DNA of 20,000 bases from an uncultured virus (IMG/VR IMGVR_UViG_3300006802_013268) (Duplodnaviria > Heunggongvirae > Uroviricota > Caudoviricetes). Below the pieces are notes generated by a model that saw only the letters and a list, made by a program, of their open reading frames with translations, did no database searches and was not told the DNA's origin. Numbering within the stretch: the stretch's first letter is position 1; every line of letters begins with the position of its first letter. Shown in pieces: positions 1-8,654 of the stretch. The stretch is taken from IMG/VR virus record IMGVR_UViG_3300006802_013268. One strand, written 5' to 3'. The position numbers were made by a program, and so were the translations under genes.

Positions 1-1113
1 GTTCTTTTTGATCTCTTCAAAGAAATTCCAAGCAAGAGGAATAACAAATAAAGCATCATCAACATCTAGACTAGATTTATCCTTGATAATTATATTTGTC
101 CCAGGAGTGTACAATCCTTGCTTGAGTGGGTTATCGTCAACAATCCAGTCAAGTTGTATGTCATTCGAGTTCAACAACGTCATTCCTTTGGCAGCAGCAC
201 CATAACCAACAACTTGATAACCTTCGCTTCTAATATGATCTACAAACAACTTGAGTGCGTTAATGATTTTCTTAGCATTCTTACCAAAATTCATATAGAA
301 TTTTATGTCATGCCTTCCTTCAGAAATTTCTTTGTCTATAGTTTCTTGAACTGATGCATGTGCTTCTGACCCAGGGTGCTTCAGCGTGAACAAATAACTG
401 TCGCCGTGAATGGATGTAATATCAATTCTGGTTAGAGTTAGTCCCGCTCGTTCTGTTAGAGTTTTCATGCTGTTAGCGCAGAAGAAACTAATATGCTCGT
501 GGTATGTCGTGTCAAACTCATTCCTCTGGTACATCTGACTCTGACTTGTTTGTATGTAACATGTACCATCTGGTTTTAGATGATCTTTAACAGCGCGGAG
601 AAAACCTAATGGATCCTCTGTATGAGCAAATACATTCTGCGCAGTTATCACATCAAACATAGGACCGCCATAATCACCACCCCACCAATCACGTTTGACA
701 TTATGTCCTTTATCTAATGCTGTTTGGGTTAAATTTTTAGCAGGATCGCATCCATATGTTTCCCAACCAATTTTCTTAAAACTGTCCAACTGGGTGCCAT
801 CATTGCATCCAATGTCAAATACTTTACCAGTCTTTCCTTCTCTCTCAGCAATCATCACTGCTAAGTCATCGCAATAATCGCGCATCGTTTGACTGGTGCC
901 AGAAACATACAAATAAGTTTCAAACATCAACGCAGGGTTTACTGCCACAGGCAACTGAGTATGCCAGCAAGAAACGCAAACTCTCAGACCAAGAGGATAT
1001 TTCTGCAACTCTTCTCCTGAGTGATAACTGTTTGCTAATGGTTGTTCATTCAAGTCTAAGAAAGGAATCAATCCTCCCTCACCACAAGCAACACATTTAG
1101 TAAGATAATTCAT
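1..1113 (-). CDS. NDP-hexose C-methyltransferase (zinc-binding N-terminus, class I SAM domain, C-terminal domain); runs off the window edge
   Basis: Absent from the ORF track; translated by hand from ATG at 1113, with GAGG upstream. Motifs: MNYLTKCVACG..FLDLNEQPLAN..YPLGLRVCVSCWHTQL..YLYVSGTS..FDIGCNDGTQL..QNVFAH..FDTTYHEHISFF..IHGDS..GYGAAAKGMTLLN..DDNPLKQGLYTPG..LAWNFFEEI, the TcaB9/TylC3-like signature. Confidence 0.92.
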   Translation of the reverse strand, partial: MNYLTKCVACGEGGLIPFLDLNEQPLANSYHSGEELQKYPLGLRVCVSCWHTQLPVAVNPALMFETYLYVSGTSQTMRDYCDDLAVMIAEREGKTGKVFDIGCNDGTQLDSFKKIGWETYGCDPAKNLTQTALDKGHNVKRDWWGGDYGGPMFDVITAQNVFAHTEDPLGFLRAVKDHLKPDGTCYIQTSQSQMYQRNEFDTTYHEHISFFCANSMKTLTERAGLTLTRIDITSIHGDSYLFTLKHPGSEAHASVQETIDKEISEGRHDIKFYMNFGKNAKKIINALKLFVDHIRSEGYQVVGYGAAAKGMTLLNSNDIQLDWIVDDNPLKQGLYTPGTNIIIKDKSSLDVDDALFVIPLAWNFFEEIKKN

Positions 1114-1122
1114 AATATTTCC

Positions 1123-2055
1123 TCAATTATAATGACTGCGATACCACTTAACAAAATTGTCAACACCCTCTTCAATTGATGTTTTGGGGTTGTATCCAAT
1201 TGCTTGAAGTTTTCGTGTGTCGCTCCATGTTTCAACTGCATCAGCAGGATGTTTAGGACCAAATCCTACGATTGCTCTAATCCCAAGAGATGTCTCAATT
1301 GCCTCGACGAATCGTTTAAGTTCTACCTGTTCGCCTCTGCCAATGTTGTACATGTCGCGTGGGGTCATATTATTAAATACACACTCGATACCATGCACAA
1401 TATCATCGACATAGGTGAAGTCTCGTTTCATGTCACCATAATTATACAGTGTGATAGGATTGCCAGCAATTATATTTTTAGTGAAGTCAAACAGTGCCAT
1501 GTCTGGTCTACCCCATGGTCCATACACAGTGAAGAAACGAAGACCAACTGCGTTTGGTATGTTTGAGATATTAAACTGCGACTCGTTTATGTACTTGGTG
1601 TAACCATATGGATTGATCTGAGGATACAGGTACTCTGACTCATTCCAAGGTAATGGATTGCCGTGCAGCACACATGACGTAGATGCGAAGATTACATTCT
1701 CACACCCACTCTTCTCAAGTCCTTTGATTACATTTAAACTACCGATGCAGTTGTTAGTGATATATTGATCAGCGTGTTCCATCGAATAGCGAACACCTGC
1801 CATCGCAGCAAGATGAATACAAAAATCTGGTTTCATCCTGTCTATTGCTGCAACAGTTGTGTCCTTAGTGATATCGTGGTTATAAACATCAATGTCGTAC
1901 TCGTCTTCTAATATGTTAGCACGTTTTTCTTTCAAAGCAGGATCATAATATGAGTTGAAGTTGTCTAGTCCAACGACTTTATGTCCTAGTTTACTAAAAT
2001 GTTTTGCAGTGTGGAATCCAATAAACCCTGCTGCGCCAGTGATTAGTATTTTCAT
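1123..2055 (-). CDS. NAD-dependent NDP-sugar epimerase, UDP-glucuronate 4-epimerase-like (extended SDR)
   Basis: TGAAGFIG, HLAAMAGVRYS, YxxxK (YGYTK), LRFFTVYGPWGRPDMA and RDFTYVDD motifs. Start moved to ATG 2055 (MKILIT), which overlaps the upstream stop as ATGA. Confidence 0.93.
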   Translation of the reverse strand: MKILITGAAGFIGFHTAKHFSKLGHKVVGLDNFNSYYDPALKEKRANILEDEYDIDVYNHDITKDTTVAAIDRMKPDFCIHLAAMAGVRYSMEHADQYITNNCIGSLNVIKGLEKSGCENVIFASTSCVLHGNPLPWNESEYLYPQINPYGYTKYINESQFNISNIPNAVGLRFFTVYGPWGRPDMALFDFTKNIIAGNPITLYNYGDMKRDFTYVDDIVHGIECVFNNMTPRDMYNIGRGEQVELKRFVEAIETSLGIRAIVGFGPKHPADAVETWSDTRKLQAIGYNPKTSIEEGVDNFVKWYRSHYN

Positions 2056-2426
2056 AATCGGTACATCATCCCCGTTGTTATAACATCGCAATCGTTGTCT
2101 TCAATATATTTTTGTTTGTTTTGATTTTGATATTTAGATTTTTCTACAGAGAAGCATTGTTCGCAAGATATTCCTTCCAAATGAGCAACTGAGTAAGAAT
2201 GCCATTTTGGTGTGTAGCACTGATTTGGTTTTAAATTTATTAGATCTTCCATCACTCGATATGTTGGTATGGCATCATATGTGGTGAAAAAGATGTTCTC
2301 GAATTTAGCATCTTGAAAATTAGCAGAAAACAAAATCTCATACTTTGGATCGTCTTTATATTTCACACACAAAGGCATCCAATAATTTTTGAGAGAATCA
2401 TTTCCTTCTACAATTATGGTGATCAT
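2052..2426 (-). CDS. hypothetical protein, possibly a reduced GT-A-like domain
   Basis: ATGA overlaps at both ends support a real gene. AKFENIFFTTYDAIP loosely resembles the strand carrying DxD in GT2 enzymes. Confidence 0.65.
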   Translation of the reverse strand: MITIIVEGNDSLKNYWMPLCVKYKDDPKYEILFSANFQDAKFENIFFTTYDAIPTYRVMEDLINLKPNQCYTPKWHSYSVAHLEGISCEQCFSVEKSKYQNQNKQKYIEDNDCDVITTGMMYRL

Positions 2427-3040
2427 GGTTTAAATGCCTCAACGCTGTATGTATGTGCCATTCTTATCGTGTCTGGGTTTTCTAAACCTCTGAAATCAAA
2501 TACAGAGCTTTGATGGTGCTCAACCTGTTTGGCATTAACAAATCCAATTTTTTGTAATTCATTAATCATTTCGGAAACGTACCATAAATGTTTATGTTCG
2601 TTTTTCTGACTTAACAATCCTAAAGCCACTTGCTCTTGTTTTCTTTTTCTAGAAAGATTTTGATACTTACAAGGAAAATAGTCATTTTTATTTGCGACAT
2701 ATCTCTCATGATATTTAACTACAAATGAATTTTGTTCAAGATCTTCTCTGCTGACCAACCAATCTATTACATCTCCTGCTGGCCATGCTGTTCTTAATAT
2801 GCCACCAGGTTTTAATATTCTATATGCCTCTTTGAATAGATTTATTCCCTGATATCTGTACAAATGTTCAATAATGTGTTCAGAATAAATTCCATCATAT
2901 GTTTCATCGGTTACAAATGGAATTGGTAAATCTGTTATATCATAACTTCTTATGCCTGGAAGGTTGTATTTGTTAGCAATATTGATAACATCCCAATTTA
3001 AATTTCTTTGCCTGTCACCACCTATTTCTAAATATCTCAT
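2423..3040 (-). CDS. class I SAM-dependent methyltransferase (Methyltransf_11-like)
   Basis: YLEIGG motif I, DITDLPIPF, YDGIYSEHIIEHL and EAYRILKPGGILR motifs. Confidence 0.88.
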   Translation of the reverse strand: MRYLEIGGDRQRNLNWDVINIANKYNLPGIRSYDITDLPIPFVTDETYDGIYSEHIIEHLYRYQGINLFKEAYRILKPGGILRTAWPAGDVIDWLVSREDLEQNSFVVKYHERYVANKNDYFPCKYQNLSRKRKQEQVALGLLSQKNEHKHLWYVSEMINELQKIGFVNAKQVEHHQSSVFDFRGLENPDTIRMAHTYSVEAFKP

Positions 3041-3783
3041 AACATTCTCTCCATTAAAGGCATACTCTTTTTGTGAGTTGGACCATAAAAATGATTTATG
3101 TACCCATCAGGTTGACCAAAAATCCATTGATATGGAACTCTGTTCCACATGGTGTCCAACTCATGCACTTGAAACACTGGTTGTGACAATTGGAGATTAA
3201 CATACATTTGTTCAGTGTATCTGGTATGTACCACATAATCATGAATAGAAGTGAAATGTTCTCTTGCTTTTAATCTTCCTTCTTTACTCCAAACTTGTAG
3301 TCCACCGTTCATATAACGAAATCGTTCGTTAGGATATTTTGATGACTTGGGAAACATCCAATCTTTTCCAAACAGTTTTTTGCCATAAGCAATGATGCCT
3401 CTTTCTTCCAGAGGAGAATCCATAACTCTGCGCATAAATCCACCCTGCGAATTGTGTACACCTGTTTCGTGCACCATAGAAACATCGCCTTTTGCTAGAC
3501 TAAACACATTCAGTCTTGTTCGTATCAACATGTCTAGATCTAAGACAAGCACATTGTCATACTGTTCAAATTGCGGGTCATAAAAAATTCTCAAGGAATC
3601 TAGTCTTGGATCTAGTTCTGGGAACCACCTGTCTGTTAGAAAGAGATATTCTGCTTTGACAGATTCAGCATAATTCTTAGCAGACCTCTGTCCTGCCGCT
3701 GCCCAATCTGGAAGTTTAACTCCACCTATGTGTGCGTCATTACCCTCGTATGGGATGTAGTATTGAAAGATAACGTTTCTCAT
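3037..3783 (-). CDS. GT-A fold glycosyltransferase (GT8/GT34-like)
   Basis: YDNVLVLDLDMLI (DxD), YMNGGL, EQ..VN, LDTMWN and INHFYG motifs. Confidence 0.8.
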   Translation of the reverse strand: MRNVIFQYYIPYEGNDAHIGGVKLPDWAAAGQRSAKNYAESVKAEYLFLTDRWFPELDPRLDSLRIFYDPQFEQYDNVLVLDLDMLIRTRLNVFSLAKGDVSMVHETGVHNSQGGFMRRVMDSPLEERGIIAYGKKLFGKDWMFPKSSKYPNERFRYMNGGLQVWSKEGRLKAREHFTSIHDYVVHTRYTEQMYVNLQLSQPVFQVHELDTMWNRVPYQWIFGQPDGYINHFYGPTHKKSMPLMERML

Positions 3784-3786
3784 AAT

Positions 3787-4293
3787 TTACTCAGTGTGAT
3801 TGATATATTTTAACTTATTTTCTTTGGTTGTACAATACTGATTTATATACTTTATTATGAACTGATCGACAGGTATTTTGATTGTGATGTATGGAGACTG
3901 TAGTCTCATAAATCTGGCAATCGTAGACTCAACGAAATAAGCAGATAACAAATCTTCATTTAACTGAACAATTGCCTCTTTATATGGATCGTGGGTTGTT
4001 TCAGAACTTAGTTTTATGTTGGGTTTACACAAAACTGATGGTCCCTGTTTTTTTCTAAAATGATTCCATGCCCAAAAATGATTAAACCAGTCATATCTCT
4101 GCTCTTCTGTTATATTTTCTGCAAAATGTAACATATCGTAACTGGTTGGAGGCAAATTTTCTTCTGTTATTTTTTTAAATCGGTCGACAGCATATCCTTG
4201 GTCTATCCAAGTTTTTTCGTTTTCTGTTTGGTCGCTGGTTTCATCATCAACAATATAAAAAATTGTCGGAATGTCAATTGTCTTTTCTTGCAT
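3787..4293 (-). CDS. degenerate GT25-like paralogue of the adjacent upstream gene
   Basis: Colinear similarity to 4274-4885 by eye (TWIDQGYAVDRF vs SWVRHGFEVQRW; WFNHFWAW vs WYSQYYLW; IPVDQFI vs MNVDAYI), but the EHD motif is missing. Confidence 0.6.
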   Translation of the reverse strand: MQEKTIDIPTIFYIVDDETSDQTENEKTWIDQGYAVDRFKKITEENLPPTSYDMLHFAENITEEQRYDWFNHFWAWNHFRKKQGPSVLCKPNIKLSSETTHDPYKEAIVQLNEDLLSAYFVESTIARFMRLQSPYITIKIPVDQFIIKYINQYCTTKENKLKYINHTE

Positions 4294-4885
4294 GATGTAT
4301 TGTGGTTCCTAATTTTGCATCCTGATATTGCCTAGAAAATCCCTTTTTCAACACACCTTTTCCAGGATTATTATCCATTATTGTATGTATGTAAGCATCA
4401 ACATTCATGTTTATGCGTTTTTTCCCTTTAGGAAATAATTCCTCAATTCCGTCGAGCAATTTTTTTGCCCAATTTGGAGTTAACCAATATGCTGCAGCAG
4501 TTGTTATATTTCTTCCGGTCCAGGATTCGCAAAACCCAACAAATTCATAATCGCCCCAATTTTGTATATCAGGAGCAGTATGTAAATATGCGTCGTGCTC
4601 AATTATTATTGCTGGATTACTTTTCCTTGCCACCATTTTCCAAAGATAATATTGACTGTACCATATTGCTTTTTCTGTTTCGGTAAAATCTCTCGGTCCA
4701 CCTCTACCAAATTTTTTTATTCCGAATGCCAAATCTTTGACAAATGGTAAAGACTTTGGAGTAAATGCTTCCCAACGTTGGACTTCAAATCCATGACGCA
4801 CCCAACTGTCAGTTGTCGCTCCAGCATAATACATTGAGACTGGATTATCTGATATGGCGATCATAAAAACAGCAGGTTTTTTCAT
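4274..4885 (-). CDS. glycosyltransferase family 25-like
   Basis: TETEKAIWYSQYYLW, PAIIIEHDA (ED motif variant), AAAYWLTPNWAKKLL and NVDAYI motifs. ATG 4885 is coupled to the upstream TAA. Confidence 0.8.
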   Translation of the reverse strand: MKKPAVFMIAISDNPVSMYYAGATTDSWVRHGFEVQRWEAFTPKSLPFVKDLAFGIKKFGRGGPRDFTETEKAIWYSQYYLWKMVARKSNPAIIIEHDAYLHTAPDIQNWGDYEFVGFCESWTGRNITTAAAYWLTPNWAKKLLDGIEELFPKGKKRINMNVDAYIHTIMDNNPGKGVLKKGFSRQYQDAKLGTTIHHARKDN

Positions 4886-5646
4886 TAGCACCAACCATTT
4901 TCAAAGTCAATAGAAACAAGTTTTTCTATTGTGCGTAATTGTGTTTTAGTCAGTTGTTTAATTGATGGGAAAATTCTATTTTGTGTTTTGTTTTCATGCA
5001 TGCTAACAAATTGTTCTACGATAGAGGGGTCTCGTATACCACATTCATTCATAATTTCTTGAATCAAGTCACGCAATTCTGATAGATCAAACACATAATC
5101 ATATTGTTTCTTATCTCCATAAAAATAATACATTGGAGCATAATGAATGTCTTGATGTCTTCTTTTAATGATCATTTCAAGGATGGAAGATAATGAATAC
5201 ATTTTAAGGTTTATTACATTACTTCCATATGGTTGGAATTTATATTTTCGGTTCTCGCTGTCATAATAATTTTGAGCAACATATTCAACAGCAGATAAAA
5301 ATCGTTCTACTGGATTTCTTTTTATTGCATATCGTATGGAATTTTTTCTAAAAGGCAAGTTTAAATAATCCCCATGAGTTCTAACAGCCATTAAATGCCA
5401 CCAACCAGCAGTTGATGATGGTTCTATTGTTTGATAGTCTGGAAATATTTCATTCATTAATTCAAGTTTATGCGCTCGCCAATACATCTTGTTTAATGTT
5501 TTACATCCACATTTTGGTGCTAGTCGAACATCTATATTATGACCGAAATATGTAATGTTGCTTTCGGGATCAAAATAATGCGCCCCAAAATTTTGTGCTA
5601 AAAGTGATATGCCTCCATCTGGAGGTGGCCAATCTGGTGGTGTCAT
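4885..5646 (-). CDS. sulfotransferase family 2 (carbohydrate sulfotransferase-like)
   Basis: PKCGCKTL (5'-phosphosulfate loop), KRNPVERFLSA (3'-phosphate-binding motif), DIHYAP, HENKT and a terminal DFE. Confidence 0.8.
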   Translation of the reverse strand: MTPPDWPPPDGGISLLAQNFGAHYFDPESNITYFGHNIDVRLAPKCGCKTLNKMYWRAHKLELMNEIFPDYQTIEPSSTAGWWHLMAVRTHGDYLNLPFRKNSIRYAIKRNPVERFLSAVEYVAQNYYDSENRKYKFQPYGSNVINLKMYSLSSILEMIIKRRHQDIHYAPMYYFYGDKKQYDYVFDLSELRDLIQEIMNECGIRDPSIVEQFVSMHENKTQNRIFPSIKQLTKTQLRTIEKLVSIDFENGWC

Positions 5647-6611
5647 ATGCGAAAATCTTTTAAATCAAATTCAGTACCATGCATGTGATGTAAGTTTCTG
5701 CTATGGTTTGTCCAAACTAAAACTTCAGGATCGTCCACCAAGAAGTCACAAGATTTACAATAGTCAGGATAATCACCGCTTCGATGAGCGTCACGGAGCG
5801 CAGAATATTCAGTGCCTTCCCAGATCTCTTCGATAGTGCTTTCTGAAGTATGTCCCAGAACTGCTTCCTCGTCCCGTCCCAAGACTTGGCAGCAAGGATG
5901 AACCGCACCTGTCTTACCATCAAGACCGCCAGCGCGAATAACGACGTCAGGACTAAAAGGTCTGCCACAGGTTTTCTTCTCCCCTTTCCGTGCCATCACG
6001 GGATCATAAACCCCAGACCAATTATGCATTTTCCAGATTTCTGTTTTAACTCTAAGAAAGGCAACAATGTTTTTATATGCTACCAATTCTAATCTATATT
6101 CTTCAGGATCAGTTTTAGTCATCAAATGGTAAGTAGCAACAACGCAATCTGAATTCGTATCCTCAACATATTCTTGCATTGCTTTCACTTTGTCCCAAGT
6201 GTTTTCAAACGAACCACCAATTCTATTGTACATCCACTTCTCATACTGTGTTGGGTTTGCGCCGATCCAAGAGAAACGATAAAAGTCTAATCCAGCATCA
6301 ACGCAGTCCATCATGAACTGCCCTTCCATACGATAACCGTTTGAAAAGATAAATGCCTTTGCATTATACTTTTTAACGATCTCAATGTATTTAGGGAGGT
6401 CGCGATTGAGAGTTGCTTCGCCGCTGCCATCTAGGTTAACAACGCGAAGACCATGCTGCGCACAGTCTGCCACATTATGTTCAAACTCTTGTAGTGACAT
6501 TTTCTTGAGGAATCCTTTATGCCTTCCTCCTGTTCGCATGTCTTGTGGACACATGCTACATGAGTAGTTGCATCCACCATTCACTTCAATTACTGCTCTA
6601 TCAATTTTCAT
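5643..6611 (-). CDS. radical SAM protein with C-terminal SPASM/Twitch Fe-S domain
   Basis: CNYSCSMC (CxxxCxxC), GSGEATL and SNG motifs; C-terminal CGRPF..G..HPCC..LG..SxIEEIW..CKSC. Confidence 0.92.
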   Translation of the reverse strand: MKIDRAVIEVNGGCNYSCSMCPQDMRTGGRHKGFLKKMSLQEFEHNVADCAQHGLRVVNLDGSGEATLNRDLPKYIEIVKKYNAKAFIFSNGYRMEGQFMMDCVDAGLDFYRFSWIGANPTQYEKWMYNRIGGSFENTWDKVKAMQEYVEDTNSDCVVATYHLMTKTDPEEYRLELVAYKNIVAFLRVKTEIWKMHNWSGVYDPVMARKGEKKTCGRPFSPDVVIRAGGLDGKTGAVHPCCQVLGRDEEAVLGHTSESTIEEIWEGTEYSALRDAHRSGDYPDYCKSCDFLVDDPEVLVWTNHSRNLHHMHGTEFDLKDFRI

Positions 6612-7539
6612 AAAATCTTTCTATGTGTGGTAAAACTTTTTGTTTGTATGCTTCGCATGTTTGAATTAAATCGTCATAAGTTGACTCTCTCAATTTTGAG
6701 ATGTACTCTAAGACATTTCTATATTTTGCATCTCTACTTCTAAGATCTTTATTCTTCTCTTGAAAAAATACTCCTTGACCATTATGAGTTCTTATAATAT
6801 TGTTATCGCCTAGAACTATGATTGGTTTGTACATATTTTTAGAAATATATTGCCACATACCATCATATGCCACAACAAAATCACAAGTTCTTATGTGGTA
6901 AAATGCTTCTGAAACTGGTGTCCTATAATCAATTTCAAATACTTTATAGTCTAGACGTTCTAGAGCATTTTCAATCCATTCCCAATCTAGAGGGTTATAT
7001 GTTAACTTCCATTTTGGTGCAGTAGTTGCATTTAAGAATGGTTTCCAGATTACAACTTTATCTTTTATAGGTGTTGTATCAACTGAGTTGTTAAACTTCC
7101 AGTTGTTAAGACCAGAGAATACCATAACATGGTTACTTCTACCTTTTTGCTCTGGCACTGGCCACAATGGATAGTAACGAGAATAATTTAATCCAAGTTC
7201 GCCTTTGAAATCCTTGTCGATGTCGGGATAGTTGTAAACATGCTCCACTTCCACGAGTTCATCTTTTCGATAATAGAAATTATGTAGATATTCAAATCTT
7301 TCAAATATTGTTTCTATATCATCGTGTGCAAAATAATATGACCTGTCATGATCCCAGTGAATCTGAAAAATAATTTTAGTGTTAAGAATATGAGCAGTAT
7401 AATATGCTATGTTTAATCCATACAAGAAATCGCCAACACCAAAATGTCCTCTCCATTTTAGAACATTTCCTCTGATGCCATACGGTTTTCCTGATATCGG
7501 ATCATCAAATCCAACAAATCTCACATTTTCTTGATACAC
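6601..7539 (-). CDS. putative GT-B glycosyltransferase (GT9/heptosyltransferase-like)
   Basis: N-terminal GVGDFL; KWKLTY..W; IRTCDFVVAYDGMWQYIS..KPIIVLG resembles the GT9 C-terminal DxGxxHxA..P motif. GTG start. Confidence 0.55.
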   Translation of the reverse strand: MYQENVRFVGFDDPISGKPYGIRGNVLKWRGHFGVGDFLYGLNIAYYTAHILNTKIIFQIHWDHDRSYYFAHDDIETIFERFEYLHNFYYRKDELVEVEHVYNYPDIDKDFKGELGLNYSRYYPLWPVPEQKGRSNHVMVFSGLNNWKFNNSVDTTPIKDKVVIWKPFLNATTAPKWKLTYNPLDWEWIENALERLDYKVFEIDYRTPVSEAFYHIRTCDFVVAYDGMWQYISKNMYKPIIVLGDNNIIRTHNGQGVFFQEKNKDLRSRDAKYRNVLEYISKLRESTYDDLIQTCEAYKQKVLPHIERFYEN

Positions 7540-7545
7540 AAAATC

Positions 7546-7698
7546 TCATCTATATTTTTTTTGTAACTCATTATTTAGTTTGCGAACATCTAACTCTGTT
7601 GAGTAAGAATCTGCGCTCTTGATGCTTTTCTTTTCAGAACGATATTTGTCCTTATTGCGTTTTTTGTTCCTTGGATCAAATCGCGTATATTTCGCCAT
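7546..7698 (-). CDS. small basic hypothetical protein (50 aa)
   Basis: Hand-translated MAKYTRFDPRNKKRNKDKYRSEKKSIKSADSYSTELDVRKLNNELQKKYR. TAATG-coupled to the upstream ORF and fills the gap. Confidence 0.8.
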   Translation of the reverse strand: MAKYTRFDPRNKKRNKDKYRSEKKSIKSADSYSTELDVRKLNNELQKKYR

Positions 7699-7856
7699 TA
7701 TCTACCTTGTCCTCTGTATTTTTTGTAACTAACTTTTTTCCTCTTATTTAAAGATGCTGTTTTAAACAACCCCCTTCCAATAGAGGTTCCCTTTGGTTTT
7801 CTTTCGGGTCTTGTTACAAACCCTAGTGCACCACCACTTCCTTTTTTACCTGCCAT
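7698..7856 (-). CDS. small very basic protein ending in KKYRGQGR (52 aa)
   Basis: Hand-translated MAGKKGSGGALGFVTRPERKPKGTSIGRGLFKTASLNKRKKVSYKKYRGQGR. TAATG-coupled on both sides. Confidence 0.85.
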   Translation of the reverse strand: MAGKKGSGGALGFVTRPERKPKGTSIGRGLFKTASLNKRKKVSYKKYRGQGR

Positions 7857-8302
7857 TATACTGCCTCCAATCGAGACATGAGACGTTCAGCACGATTGGT
7901 CACTTGCTTGTGCCAACGTGAGTCGCGTCCTTCAACTGCTGCCTGTGCCCAGTTACCTTCTAGCAACGCAGCATTGAATTTTTTAAATCCTGATAAACGA
8001 GGTCTGCCCATGTTAAACATCATGTTTACAACGACTTGTTGTACTTCTTCCGGAAAAGAATCAAACTCGCTTTCTCCGTATAGTTTATAGCATTCGGAAA
8101 TAGAAGTGTCAAGATCTTTCTCAAAACATTCCCAGACTCGTTCTTCGGATACAGGTGTACCAAAGGCAGCACCCCATTCCTTATCGTTTTCAGTAATAAG
8201 ATGACCAACACCAAAGGTATGCAAACCAAGATGATCAGCATACACTTCGTATACTACCCCTTCGTCTACCTTTAGCGTTTCGAATACTGCTTTTCTATCC
8301 AT
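7856..8302 (-). CDS. e: T4-type lysozyme / endolysin (GH24)
   Basis: DEG..Y.DHLG..TFGVGH carries the E/D/T catalytic triad. Also NMMFNMG and SRWHKQVTNRAERL; AAGGAG ribosome-binding site. Confidence 0.93.
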   Translation of the reverse strand: MDRKAVFETLKVDEGVVYEVYADHLGLHTFGVGHLITENDKEWGAAFGTPVSEERVWECFEKDLDTSISECYKLYGESEFDSFPEEVQQVVVNMMFNMGRPRLSGFKKFNAALLEGNWAQAAVEGRDSRWHKQVTNRAERLMSRLEAV

Positions 8303-8654
8303 TTTTTGTCTCCTTTAAATCGTTAATTATTTTCATAATCTTTTCATAGTTTTCCGGCGGACGATTCATTTTATTCGCCATCTCAAAACAATTGTACGCT
8401 GAACATATATATGGTCTACTCTCATATATACCGCATTTTTTAAATTCGCCTTCTACAACCAATTTGGGACAATGAAAACGAACTCTTGAATCTGGTAATA
8501 TCTCAATGTTGTCTGTTTGTTTTGCTATAATATTTTCCCATTCAATCATTCTCTCGGGTCGACTTTCTGGTTTACCTATAGTCAGTTTACAACAACTTGC
8601 GCAACGAATGCAAACTTCAGAAGTTATTAAACTTTCATCATACATCATTGACAC
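8295..8654 (-). CDS. YkgJ/CxxCxxCC family cysteine-cluster (Zn or Fe-S) protein
   Basis: CIRCASCC..CPKL..KCGIYESRPYICSAYNC cysteine pattern. Confidence 0.9.
   Translation of the reverse strand: MSMMYDESLITSEVCIRCASCCKLTIGKPESRPERMIEWENIIAKQTDNIEILPDSRVRFHCPKLVVEGEFKKCGIYESRPYICSAYNCFEMANKMNRPPENYEKIMKIINDLKETKNG

Noticed and set aside
5643..7856. RiPP system (radical SAM/SPASM enzyme plus small peptides)
   Set aside because: The peptides are separated from the enzyme by a GT-like gene, are K/R-rich with no leader/core pattern, and there is no RRE domain, protease or transporter. The sugar context explains the enzyme better.
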